A DNA stretch of 28,220 nt from Thermoproteota archaeon (GTDB taxonomy: Archaea > Korarchaeota > Korarchaeia > Korarchaeales > Korarchaeaceae), in contig JAOZFG010000025.1 in assembly GCA_027491435.1 (NCBI GenBank), forward strand, positions 1 to 28,220, in the 5' to 3' direction. The notes below the pieces were generated by a model. The model had not been told where the DNA came from, made no database searches, and saw only the letters and a program-made list of their open reading frames with translations. Both the position numbers and the translations under genes were made by a program. This document shows positions 7,793-16,349 of this stretch, piece after piece; the stretch's first letter is position 1; every line of letters starts with the position of its first letter.

Positions 7793-8847
7793 CAAGCCAC
7801 CTCCAACCACATCACGAAGCGAAGCGAGGGCTTCAAATTGAACCTGGAGCAAAGCCCTACGTACTTATCGACGATGCGCCTTAAAGGCTCCCAGAGCAAA
7901 ATCCCTCTGTCCACAAGCCCCCTGGCTAAAACCTCCAGTTCAGAGTAGATCAACTCGACGTCTTCGTTAGCCTTCCTTCCAACATTGGACAGGCCGGCCA
8001 GGGAGTTCCAGAGCCCCTTCAAGGCCCTTTCCCTCTCGGGATTCTCAAGCCAGCGGGACACGAAGGCGTTTAGCTGAGGGAAGGTAAAAGTGTTGTACCT
8101 CTCCTTGTCCTTAGGGGTGAAGTAGATCATGCCGGAGGAGCCCTTGAGCATCTCTACAGTCTCATCCCTGAAGTTTTTGTGGACCCACATGAGCAGCCTG
8201 ACCAGAGTTACAAAGGGCTGCTGAAGCTCCCACCTAGAGGCGCCCAAGTCCTTGGCTTCCAGGTTGGTCTTGCCAAGCTCCGCCAGCCTGAGCCTCAGGT
8301 ACCTCTGGAAGGGCCCCTCAAAGTAGACGGCCATGTTACTCCCTACCCCTATGGACCTAACCAAGTTGAGGGCCAGCCTGACCTTATCCAGGAGGGTGTA
8401 GCTCTCCCCGTAAAGGTAGAGGTTCTCCACCTCGCTCCTGCCGACTGTGCCTGGGACTATGGTGGGCCTCAGGTCGTCACCCTTCTCCAGGGTCCTCTGG
8501 ACGGTTAGGTCCACCACCACCTCAACTATCCCATCCAACACCTCCTTGGCGATTCTCAGGAGGCTTAGCGGGTCCCCCTCTACCATGTTAACTAGCTTGG
8601 ACAGCTTTTTCCCCAGCCGATCGTTGACCTCCCTGGTGAGGTTCCCGTAGTCCATTACCTTGGCCAGGATTGGGTGGTCCACCGAAACTACGTCCTTCAA
8701 CGAGAAGAGCCCCTTCCCCTTTCTCCCCACCCTGGGGGGCATGCCCTCCTTTACTGCCTCCTTCACGATGCTGGCCAGCTCCTCTGGTCCCACCTTAATG
8801 TTCAAAATGCTGAACAGCTCCTCCCTCAGCTCGTCAACCTCCTTCAC
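7792..8847 (-). CDS. Putative Cascade large subunit (Cas8a-like, divergent)
   Basis: 351 aa, located between cas5 and cas3, with a GAGGTGA SD. Assigned mainly by position and size; no diagnostic motif recognised with certainty. Confidence 0.65.
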   Translation of the reverse strand: MKEVDELREELFSILNIKVGPEELASIVKEAVKEGMPPRVGRKGKGLFSLKDVVSVDHPILAKVMDYGNLTREVNDRLGKKLSKLVNMVEGDPLSLLRIAKEVLDGIVEVVVDLTVQRTLEKGDDLRPTIVPGTVGRSEVENLYLYGESYTLLDKVRLALNLVRSIGVGSNMAVYFEGPFQRYLRLRLAELGKTNLEAKDLGASRWELQQPFVTLVRLLMWVHKNFRDETVEMLKGSSGMIYFTPKDKERYNTFTFPQLNAFVSRWLENPERERALKGLWNSLAGLSNVGRKANEDVELIYSELEVLARGLVDRGILLWEPLRRIVDKYVGLCSRFNLKPSLRFVMWLEVA

Positions 8848-8851
8848 ACCA

Positions 8852-9556
8852 TCACCTCAAGAACCTCCAGGACTCGTGAACGAAAACCGTTAACGAGCCG
8901 TCGGTGACAGCCGGCCTTCTAACGGTTTTCAGGGTCAAGTTGTAGGAGAAGGCGTACTTGCTCACCTCCCCGTCGTTGACCTCATCTACCCTGAGCTCCC
9001 CCTTCCCCTCCCAACCCTCAACCTCGGAGAGCCTGCAGTACCCAACGCCCCTATCAGTTTCAACGTACCTGGCCCTTCTAACGCTTTTAACGTCCAGGAG
9101 AAAGTTGTAGTCGTTGCCCCCGAAGACCTCGTACTGGAACTCCATCTTTTGGAGCCTGCTTGTCAGCTCTTCCACCACCTCCCCAGTTGAGGAGACGGCG
9201 AACACGTAGGAGGGCCTGTAGAGGAGGACGCTTCTCTTGGGAGTCCTCACGAAGTCCCTCCAACCCTTCACCTTGATTATGGTCATGGTCTCGCTTATCA
9301 GGCCCTCGTAGCCCAGCATGGCCGCTCCCGTCATAACGCCGTTTTTACAGGCGAAGTCTCGCAGGTTCCTTCTCTCCACTCCCAGGACGGCCCCTATGAA
9401 CCCGAGGACTGAAGAAGGGAGGGGGATCAGGTAGGTGTCCCTGTAGAGCTTGATGAGGTGCTTCCTGAACTGGGCGGTCTCGAATTCAACCTGGAAGATG
9501 ATCGCTTCCTCATTGGGAGCGTAGCAGGTAGGACGTAACAGCTTCGATAACGTCAT
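8852..9556 (-). CDS. cas5: CRISPR-associated Cas5
   Basis: N-terminal AQFRK...TYLIPLPSSVLGFIGAVLG signature, TP..R..L.RP.Y, and FGG loop. Start uncertain. Confidence 0.92.
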   Translation of the reverse strand: MTLSKLLRPTCYAPNEEAIIFQVEFETAQFRKHLIKLYRDTYLIPLPSSVLGFIGAVLGVERRNLRDFACKNGVMTGAAMLGYEGLISETMTIIKVKGWRDFVRTPKRSVLLYRPSYVFAVSSTGEVVEELTSRLQKMEFQYEVFGGNDYNFLLDVKSVRRARYVETDRGVGYCRLSEVEGWEGKGELRVDEVNDGEVSKYAFSYNLTLKTVRRPAVTDGSLTVFVHESWRFLR

Positions 9557-10457
9557 CCAGGGAATCCCCCTTCAGCTCCAACTCCTTGTCGCCCATCTTG
9601 TAGAGCCTGCCCCCCCTATAATCTATTATGAAGCCCTTATCCCAGGAGTAGAGGTCCAAAGCCCTGTTCACAGCGTCCAGATCCAAGTTGAGGTCTTCGT
9701 CCATCCTCAAAACGTTTGGGGTTGGTATGAAGCTCTCGCTAAGCAGGACTATGGCGTAGTGGTACTCCGGGATGCTCTCAGCCTCCGACCCCCTTGGGAA
9801 GGACCATCCCTCCCTTAGGAGGATCTCCAGCAGGGCCCTGAGCCTAGCAGCCCTCTCCTCTTCCTTGAGCTCGTAGTACCCGTCCTTCTTACTCACAAGC
9901 TCGGAGTAGTCCTTTATCCTCTGCAGCACCTTCTTGGGCAGCTCGTCCTCCCTGAACCTGCCGACCCTCTCGTTTACGATCACGTGCATCCCCCCCAGCC
10001 ACTTGGCCGTCTCTATTTCGAAGGGCACCGGATTAGCTTCAGGGGCCTCGTCGCTTATGTCAGTCCTCGGGAAGCGGCCGGCGAACTCAACGCTTATCTC
10101 CGTGTGGTGTAACGCTATCAAGGGGGAAACCTTGACTGGACCGCTCCTGCTGGGCTGAACCTCCCCCTTGCCCTTCTCTGGAGCCAGGTAGCCGAAAAGG
10201 TCGTCGTCCACGTAGATTATGGGGTCCCCCACGTCGGTCAGCTGGCCCTTCTGGGTGATTAGCGGGTCCACCCTGAACCCCTTCTCAGCTAGCCTCTCCC
10301 TTATCCCCCTCCTGATGCACCTGGGGGAGACGAAGGCCCTGACCTCCCTGTTCCAGGTTACGACCTTCTTGATGGGTATCCTGACGCCCACCCCTGAGTC
10401 GGCGTTAACGTTACCGGTAACACCTAAAACTAAGGAGATGAAAGCCCTCCTAGGCAT
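9510..10457 (-). CDS. cas7: Cas7 backbone subunit (DevR/Csa2/Cst2-like)
   Basis: N-x-D..IKK, FVSPRCIRRGIRE, DDDLFGYL, R-x-GPVKVSP motifs; 315 aa. Confidence 0.93.
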   Translation of the reverse strand: MPRRAFISLVLGVTGNVNADSGVGVRIPIKKVVTWNREVRAFVSPRCIRRGIRERLAEKGFRVDPLITQKGQLTDVGDPIIYVDDDLFGYLAPEKGKGEVQPSRSGPVKVSPLIALHHTEISVEFAGRFPRTDISDEAPEANPVPFEIETAKWLGGMHVIVNERVGRFREDELPKKVLQRIKDYSELVSKKDGYYELKEEERAARLRALLEILLREGWSFPRGSEAESIPEYHYAIVLLSESFIPTPNVLRMDEDLNLDLDAVNRALDLYSWDKGFIIDYRGGRLYKMGDKELELKGDSLDDVIEAVTSYLLRSQ

Positions 10458-10458
10458 A

Positions 10459-10782
10459 TCACCCCTCTCCCGAGAATATGGCCTCGTAGAGCCCCGAGAG
10501 TATGGCCGTGCTGTACCTGTAGAACTCGTCGACCTTCCAGGGCCTCTCCTCCTTTATTTCCTCGGGTATTGGGATCTTCTTGGGACAATCTGTCATGACA
10601 GAGACTATCTGATCCACCAGGGCCCTCCTGAACCTGTCAGGCGTTAGCTCGGATCTAAGGGAGAGTATGAAGCTCCTAAGCTGGTTCTTGACAGAGTCCT
10701 CCCTCCCGGGGCTCTTGGACTGGAGGCACTCCAACATGGCCTTACCGGCCTTGAAGGCCCACTTGTAAAGGCTGTCGGGCAG
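10459..10782 (-). CDS. Putative Cascade small subunit (Cas11/Csa5-like)
   Basis: Small helical protein first in the operon, ending AILSGL. The frame is open upstream of ATG 10737 (LPDSLYKWAFKAGKA-M), so the start is proposed at CTG 10782 behind GGTGGT. Confidence 0.65.
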   Translation of the reverse strand: MPDSLYKWAFKAGKAMLECLQSKSPGREDSVKNQLRSFILSLRSELTPDRFRRALVDQIVSVMTDCPKKIPIPEEIKEERPWKVDEFYRYSTAILSGLYEAIFSGEG

Positions 10783-11059
10783 CTTACCACCCAGCTTACG
10801 TCTAGCTTTAGTACTTAAGGTAAATGACCCAATTTTTAACTTTAGATCCCTTCCTAAGGAAGATTAGTCACACGCTCCCAGGTCTAAGCGCTGGCGATCT
10901 CGCCTCAAGGGGCTCGCCGCGTTGGGGGTAGCCAGTCCCTCGCTTTAGTTGAAGCTGTTCGAAGGGCTTTAGGTCCCTTCACATAAAGGGGTGTGCTACT
11001 CGGCTAGTATCCTCCCTTAGAAGCCGCCTGAGAAAGCTGTTAAGCCCCCTAGTCTATAT

Positions 11060-12931
11060 TCAAGCCCTGTTGGACACCTCATCAGCTCCCTGATCACGCC
11101 TCACCCACCCCTCTACCCTGCTAACCCAGCTCATGACTAGGGGGGTTAGGAAACCCTGTATCCAGCGCCTGTTCCTTATCAGGATCTTCGCCACTAAAGC
11201 CAGGGCTGATATCCCTATTATGTCCATGGCCACCCTGGTGAACGGCAGGAATGCCACAGTCGAGGGGGGAAGGGCGCCCACCTTAGATAGATCCTCCATC
11301 CCCTTGACCACCGACGGGGCAGCTAGAAGGGCGAGCACGGAAGTCACCAGGGCGAAGTACTCAACTATCTCCAGCTCGTAGGCTGCCACGCCCAAGGCTA
11401 TGGTGGCCACCAGTATGAAGAGGACTCCCCCGTAGGCCACGTCAGGGGACTTGTAAGCCAGGACTACAGCGGCTACGAGCGTGAAGGCCGCTGACACCAG
11501 CGGCAACAGGGGGTTGCTCCTCTCCCTGGCCAGCTTGGATAATCTCAGCTCGCTCATGGCTATTATCGCCATGGAGATTAGCACCCCGAAGTCTGTCAGC
11601 TCTATCAGATAGGTCGCATCGGCTGAGAGCAGAAGTAGGACGAAGAAAGCTACTAAGTACTTGCCCAGAGAGGATTCGGCCACCTCCGCCCTTACCTCAA
11701 AAACGTCCACCAGCATCTCCCTCAAGTGATTTGAGGCCGTCACCAGGGCTGGGATAAAGGTTGTCGCTATGCCTAGGAGAAGGGCCCCCTCTGTTAGCAC
11801 CCTTCCGTAGCCGGAGAGCACTCCCACAGCCGGTATGGACTCCCTTGGAATCTCAGGGAGCTTTAGCAGGGAGTAGGAGTAGGCTAAGAATAGGGCGGCC
11901 GGCAACAGGACGCTCATAGCCAAAGCCTTCCTCAGCAGCCTCTCCCTCTCCTCGGGAGTTCCGGGCACTCCCTCAGCCAGGCTCTGTATCTCCTGAAAGC
12001 CGAAGACGACCATGTAGACGTAGGCCATGGCCATCAGGGAGGGGGAGACTCCCAGGGATAGCTCCTCCACAGATCCGGGGAGCGAGGCCACGGCCACCAC
12101 GTGAACTAAGAAGAGGAAAACGAATAAGGGGCCCAACATCGACTGAAGCCTAACTAAAGACTCCTCACTTTCAGCGTACTTGAGGGAGAGGACCGAAAGG
12201 AGGAATATGAGGGCCCTAAGCGGGAAGTTCATCGTCTCGGCCAGGTAGCCGGAGTTGATCAGGTTGAGCAGGTCCGGGACCACGTACAGGGTTACCACGT
12301 CCATCAACACGATCATGTTGAAGGCCGCTATCGACGTGTTAGCCACCCACATGCTGAACCTCGAAGCCAGGTAAGCTGGATGGCTATGCCCGTAAGCCTG
12401 CTTGACGAATGCTGGCCCCCCAACGCTGGGGGTTCCCAGCTTGTAGGTTAGGTAGTCCATCCTAGCGTATATTATGGCCAGAAGGAGGGCCGAGAGGGAG
12501 GCCAGGGTCACGCCCACCAGCGCTGAGGCCCCGTAACTGTGGACGGCCTCCGGCAGAACCACGAACACTGAAGGCCCGACGGTAGCCCCTATCCCGAAAA
12601 GGGAAAGCTGCAACAAATTGTACCTGGAGTGACTCACCTTCTTCTCCTTCACGGACCTCTTTGGAGTCTCTATCAGGGTTCTGACAGCCACTACTATCAC
12701 TAACAGGAGGGGCGTGAGGGACAAAACCAGGAAAAGCTGGGGTATCCCAGGGGATAACACGAAGATGTCCACTAGGACGGGAAAGGACATGAGCAAAGTC
12801 ATTACGCCTGGGGTATGCTCTAGGGACATTACCCTAAAGGCTCCTAGGAGCACCAAGGCTGATATGGCCGCTAGAACGCCCACTACCACCATCATGTAGT
12901 CTATTACGCCCTTAGCCCTCACGTTTACCAC
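11060..12931 (-). CDS. APC-family amino acid permease
   Basis: Many hydrophobic segments. TM1 motif GIGATVGPSVF, GGPAFVKQAYG, TM6 FGFQEI. Confidence 0.85.
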   Translation of the reverse strand: MVNVRAKGVIDYMMVVVGVLAAISALVLLGAFRVMSLEHTPGVMTLLMSFPVLVDIFVLSPGIPQLFLVLSLTPLLLVIVVAVRTLIETPKRSVKEKKVSHSRYNLLQLSLFGIGATVGPSVFVVLPEAVHSYGASALVGVTLASLSALLLAIIYARMDYLTYKLGTPSVGGPAFVKQAYGHSHPAYLASRFSMWVANTSIAAFNMIVLMDVVTLYVVPDLLNLINSGYLAETMNFPLRALIFLLSVLSLKYAESEESLVRLQSMLGPLFVFLFLVHVVAVASLPGSVEELSLGVSPSLMAMAYVYMVVFGFQEIQSLAEGVPGTPEERERLLRKALAMSVLLPAALFLAYSYSLLKLPEIPRESIPAVGVLSGYGRVLTEGALLLGIATTFIPALVTASNHLREMLVDVFEVRAEVAESSLGKYLVAFFVLLLLSADATYLIELTDFGVLISMAIIAMSELRLSKLARERSNPLLPLVSAAFTLVAAVVLAYKSPDVAYGGVLFILVATIALGVAAYELEIVEYFALVTSVLALLAAPSVVKGMEDLSKVGALPPSTVAFLPFTRVAMDIIGISALALVAKILIRNRRWIQGFLTPLVMSWVSRVEGWVRRDQGADEVSNRA

Positions 12932-13355
12932 CCCAGAACTCCTCGTAGACCTGCTTGATCATGTGCGCCTGGTAGAAGGCCACCACCGCCACCACTATCA
13001 TGGCGAACCCCAAAAGCCTCATTATGGGGTCTGTTATCCTGAGTAGCTCCGGGTTCTCGGCAACCGCTACTAAGAAGGAGCGAATGAGTTCAGTGGCGTT
13101 GGTCCCGGCGAAGGAGTAGACCGGGGTGAGCAAGTAAATGCCTGCTATCAGGGAGAGGGAAGCGACCACGACCCACAAGATCTGGAAGAATACGGCCGCA
13201 AACCTGCTGGACATCCAGGGATTGGCCACAAGAATCCTGAAGCTCTTGACCTTCTCCTCCGTGGAGTCCCTCACGGCCTCCGCTAACATGAAGACCTCCT
13301 CTGCTGTTAGGGAAGATATTTCATCTAACAGGGATTTGACCTTTTCAGCTGACAT
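12912..13355 (-). CDS. Hypothetical membrane protein (2 TM)
   Basis: 147 aa with two hydrophobic helices; overlaps the permease start. Confidence 0.75.
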   Translation of the reverse strand: MSAEKVKSLLDEISSLTAEEVFMLAEAVRDSTEEKVKSFRILVANPWMSSRFAAVFFQILWVVVASLSLIAGIYLLTPVYSFAGTNATELIRSFLVAVAENPELLRITDPIMRLLGFAMIVVAVVAFYQAHMIKQVYEEFWGGKREG

Positions 13356-13951
13356 CTATCAAACGGGAAGGGGAAAATATTATGCTTTCCTAGGAGCGAC
13401 CACCCGCCTGTGGGTCCACGGGGGCGCACTACTCGATGACCTTCATCCAGCTCGGGGTCCGTTTAGATCAATCAGGCCCCTCACTCCGTGCCCTGAAGGG
13501 GATAGCACGAGCTTAGCGGCCTTTCCGGCAATGCGACCCTTACACCGACCCTTACCAATTTTCCCTGAACTGCTCGGTAAATTCAGACCAGTTGGGAAGG
13601 GCCGCGAGCGCTGTGACAGCACCCAGTTGCAAAAAACCTGGGGAGAAGCGCTACCACCTGCCAACTGAAGACGTACGGCGTGGAGCATAGCAGAGGGAGA
13701 GTTTTTCCGCCTCGGGAAACCTCCCGTGGGCCTAGCACCCCAACCTTACCCGGGAAGGAGATAAGCGCAGCTAATGAGGACAGGTCAGTCCTAATAGGCC
13801 ATAGCTGGGGCCATGATAAATGCATAATAAAGCTTCTCCTGTAATATTTTAGCAATTAACGCCACTGCCCTCCACAAATTGAATGTCCGGTCCCCTCCAT
13901 ACCCATACTTTATAAGGTTCATAGTGGGGGCTAACAGGGGGGTGTTCTCCC

Positions 13952-15112
13952 ATAAAGGTAGCTGTTCTTGGTGTCGGACTCGTCGGCAAAGTTATAGCCT
14001 ACGACCTTTTCGAGAGGGTTACGGGGTCAGACCTGATCCTGGTGGACTCCAGAAAGGAGGCGCTGGAAGATGCCAGGAAGCTCCTCAACCACAAGGTGGA
14101 GCTGGTTCAGGCCAGGCTAACCGATGAGGACTCAATATACAGGATCATGAAGGATGTCGACGCGGCGGTGAGCGCCCTCCCAGGGAGGTTCGGGAAGCTC
14201 ACCTGGCTCGCCGCCATAAGGGCAGGAATAGACCTGGTGGACGTGTCCTACTCGCCCGACGACCCGCTCTCACTCCACGTTCAGGCCAAGGAAGCTGGAA
14301 TAACCATAGTGCCCGACGCCGGAGTTGCTCCGGGCCTGAGCAACCTCATGGCCGGCAGGGCTTACGCCTCATTGGACGAGGTTTACAGCCTCAGGATATA
14401 CGCTGGGGGGATTCCCGAGACCCCCGTACCCCCTCTCGGTTACCTCGTAACCTGGAGCCCTGAGGACCTCATTGAGGAGTACGTGAGGCCCGTCAGGGTG
14501 ATAAAGGACGGGAAAGTAGTGGTGAAGGAGCCTGTAAGCGAGGTCGAGAAGGTCCTCATACCTGGAGTCGGCGAGCTCGAGGCTTTCCTGACTGACGGGC
14601 TCAGGAGCATGCTTAAAACCCTCAAGGACGTTAAGGAGATGGAGGAAAAGACTCTCAGGTGGCCCGGACACGCTGAGAAGATAAACCTGCTGAAGACCCT
14701 CGGCTACCTGGACATGGAGCCGGTGGAGGCCAACGGGAGCAAGGTGGTTCCAGCCCTGGTCACGGCAAACCTCTTCAGGAGGAGGCTCAAGGGTGACAGC
14801 AAGGACATGACAGTCCTCCTGGTCAGGGCCGAGGGCAGGAGAGGGCTTGACAGGGTGGAGATAGAGTACAGGCTCGTAGACAAGTACGACGAGGGCACTG
14901 GGTTTTTCTCAGTCTCCAGAACCACCGCCTTCGCTGCTACAGCCTTCCTGAAGCTGGTCAGCGAGGGAGCCGTGCCAGGGCCTGGCGTCGTGCCCCCCGA
15001 GGTAATAGGGATGGACGATTCCCTCTTCTCCTCCGTGGCCGAGTGGATATCCTGGCGCGGCATAAGGATAGTGGAGAGGGTAACAGAGGCAAGGGAAGTG
15101 CCCTCGCTGTGA
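13952..15112 (+). CDS. Saccharopine dehydrogenase / lysine 6-dehydrogenase family protein
   Basis: Rossmann KVAVLGVGLVG lies in frame upstream of the tracked ORF (from ATA 13952). Also DAGVAPGLSN, GGIP, TWSPEDLIEEY, EAFLTDGL, KTLRWPGH, SRTTAF. Confidence 0.9.
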   Translation: MKVAVLGVGLVGKVIAYDLFERVTGSDLILVDSRKEALEDARKLLNHKVELVQARLTDEDSIYRIMKDVDAAVSALPGRFGKLTWLAAIRAGIDLVDVSYSPDDPLSLHVQAKEAGITIVPDAGVAPGLSNLMAGRAYASLDEVYSLRIYAGGIPETPVPPLGYLVTWSPEDLIEEYVRPVRVIKDGKVVVKEPVSEVEKVLIPGVGELEAFLTDGLRSMLKTLKDVKEMEEKTLRWPGHAEKINLLKTLGYLDMEPVEANGSKVVPALVTANLFRRRLKGDSKDMTVLLVRAEGRRGLDRVEIEYRLVDKYDEGTGFFSVSRTTAFAATAFLKLVSEGAVPGPGVVPPEVIGMDDSLFSSVAEWISWRGIRIVERVTEAREVPSL

Positions 15113-15121
15113 GGGAGCCCA

Positions 15122-15370
15122 ATGAAGGACGACACACTCTCCACAATCCTAATTTCTCTTGGAGTCCTTCTCCTCCTAGTTTCAGCATACGTATCAATTA
15201 GTGAGTTCTACAATGCCAGGATAGAGGCAAAGAACTTCGCTGAGGCGGCCACCGAGGCCATGAAATACCTGGTGAAGGCGATCCCCCTGATAATGTCCAT
15301 AGTGGTTGGGGCGATCCTGCTGGACTACGGTGTGAAGGCGAGGAGTGTCAGGGTTGACGTCCAGGATTAG
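15122..15370 (+). CDS. Small membrane protein (2 TM)
   Basis: 82 aa, GAGGGAG SD, operonic spacing. Confidence 0.7.
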   Translation: MKDDTLSTILISLGVLLLLVSAYVSISEFYNARIEAKNFAEAATEAMKYLVKAIPLIMSIVVGAILLDYGVKARSVRVDVQD

Positions 15371-15371
15371 G

Positions 15372-15680
15372 ATGCTCGGCTACGTAATCAAGTTCACCTT
15401 CCTCTTCATAATCCTGACGCTCGGGCTCATTTACGTTGACTTCGTGACAGCCCTAACAGACGGGAGGATCTCCCTAAAGCCAGTCCAGGGAGAGAGGGCT
15501 TACCTGAATATAAGCAACGGCGCCTCCTTCCCCCTGGGCTACACCTTAGGAAACGAGTCAGGGCTCGTCATGCCTGGGGAATCTGCGCTGGTCGAGCTCA
15601 AGGGGAGGGTGGGCCTGGTAGGCCTGTCCTACGCGGGCCTGATAGAGGTGAGGATAGGTGTTGCGGAGGAGGCTCCTTAA
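15372..15680 (+). CDS. Membrane-anchored hypothetical protein
   Basis: N-terminal TM followed by a beta-rich segment; ATG 1 nt after the previous stop. Confidence 0.65.
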   Translation: MLGYVIKFTFLFIILTLGLIYVDFVTALTDGRISLKPVQGERAYLNISNGASFPLGYTLGNESGLVMPGESALVELKGRVGLVGLSYAGLIEVRIGVAEEAP

Positions 15681-16035
15681 GGGGGTTAGGAGGGGGGTTG
15701 AGAACTTCCTCCTGGTCCTCTCTCTGGACCTGCTCGTACTCCTCATTACTTCCCCCCTCAACTCCAAGCTGGTCTTCGGGTTGGACGTCTGGCTGATCTT
15801 CTCCTTCCTGGTGGGCTTCCTCTACGGCTTCACCTATAACAGCAGGTGGAAGGCCCTTCCCTCCCTCATCTTCTGGTCCTTCATAATATACGGGCTCATG
15901 AGCTGGGAGCCCGTGGTCTCCGGGATTTACTCAGGCGTCTACGTCAGCGTCAGCTTAAAGCCCGTAAAGTGGATAGCCCTCACCTGGGCTGCCCTCTCCC
16001 TGTTGGTTGACCTCTTGCTGGACGTGGTCAGATGA
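15658..16035 (+). CDS. Hypothetical membrane protein (~4 TM)
   Basis: 125 aa, hydrophobic; ATGA overlap with the next gene. Confidence 0.7.
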   Translation: MLRRRLLKGVRRGVENFLLVLSLDLLVLLITSPLNSKLVFGLDVWLIFSFLVGFLYGFTYNSRWKALPSLIFWSFIIYGLMSWEPVVSGIYSGVYVSVSLKPVKWIALTWAALSLLVDLLLDVVR

Positions 16036-16277
16036 GGAAGGGGAAGGTCAAAGAGGTCCTGGAGATGATGCTCTGGAAGCCCGGGGAAGATCCATCGAGT
16101 TATGAGATAATCTTCGTTTCCAGGGGAGCTCCAGGAGACTTGGAGTCCGTCAGGGGGGATCAGGTGAGGCTCTGGAGGGACAGGCTCGTCCTCGGCGATG
16201 GGAGGGAGATACCCCTCCACAGGGTCGTGGAGGTGAGGAGGGGAGGGGTGCCCCTTTACAGGAGGGGTAGGGGATAG
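16032..16277 (+). CDS. UPF0248/DUF504 (MJ1316-like) small archaeal protein
   Basis: 81 aa with EVL..MLW, RGAPG and IPLHRV motifs. Confidence 0.85.
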   Translation: MRKGKVKEVLEMMLWKPGEDPSSYEIIFVSRGAPGDLESVRGDQVRLWRDRLVLGDGREIPLHRVVEVRRGGVPLYRRGRG

Positions 16278-16305
16278 GGGTAGTTCGTGCTCACAGCAAG
16301 CCTTA

Positions 16306-16349
16306 CGTGTGCACATCTTTATAAACTAGAGGCTAATAATGTGCACACG
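16306..16349 (+). promoter_or_regulatory. Promoter/operator: 11-bp inverted repeat bracketing a TATA box
   Basis: CGTGTGCACAT-N22-ATGTGCACACG with TTTATAAA at 16318-16325; ends directly before ATG 16350. Confidence 0.75.

Noticed and set aside
13356-13951. Possible RNase P/SRP/C-D box RNA or ORFs 13138-13668, 13443-13688, 13583-13855
   Set aside because: No convincing conserved RNA boxes; ORFs lack motifs and host codon bias.
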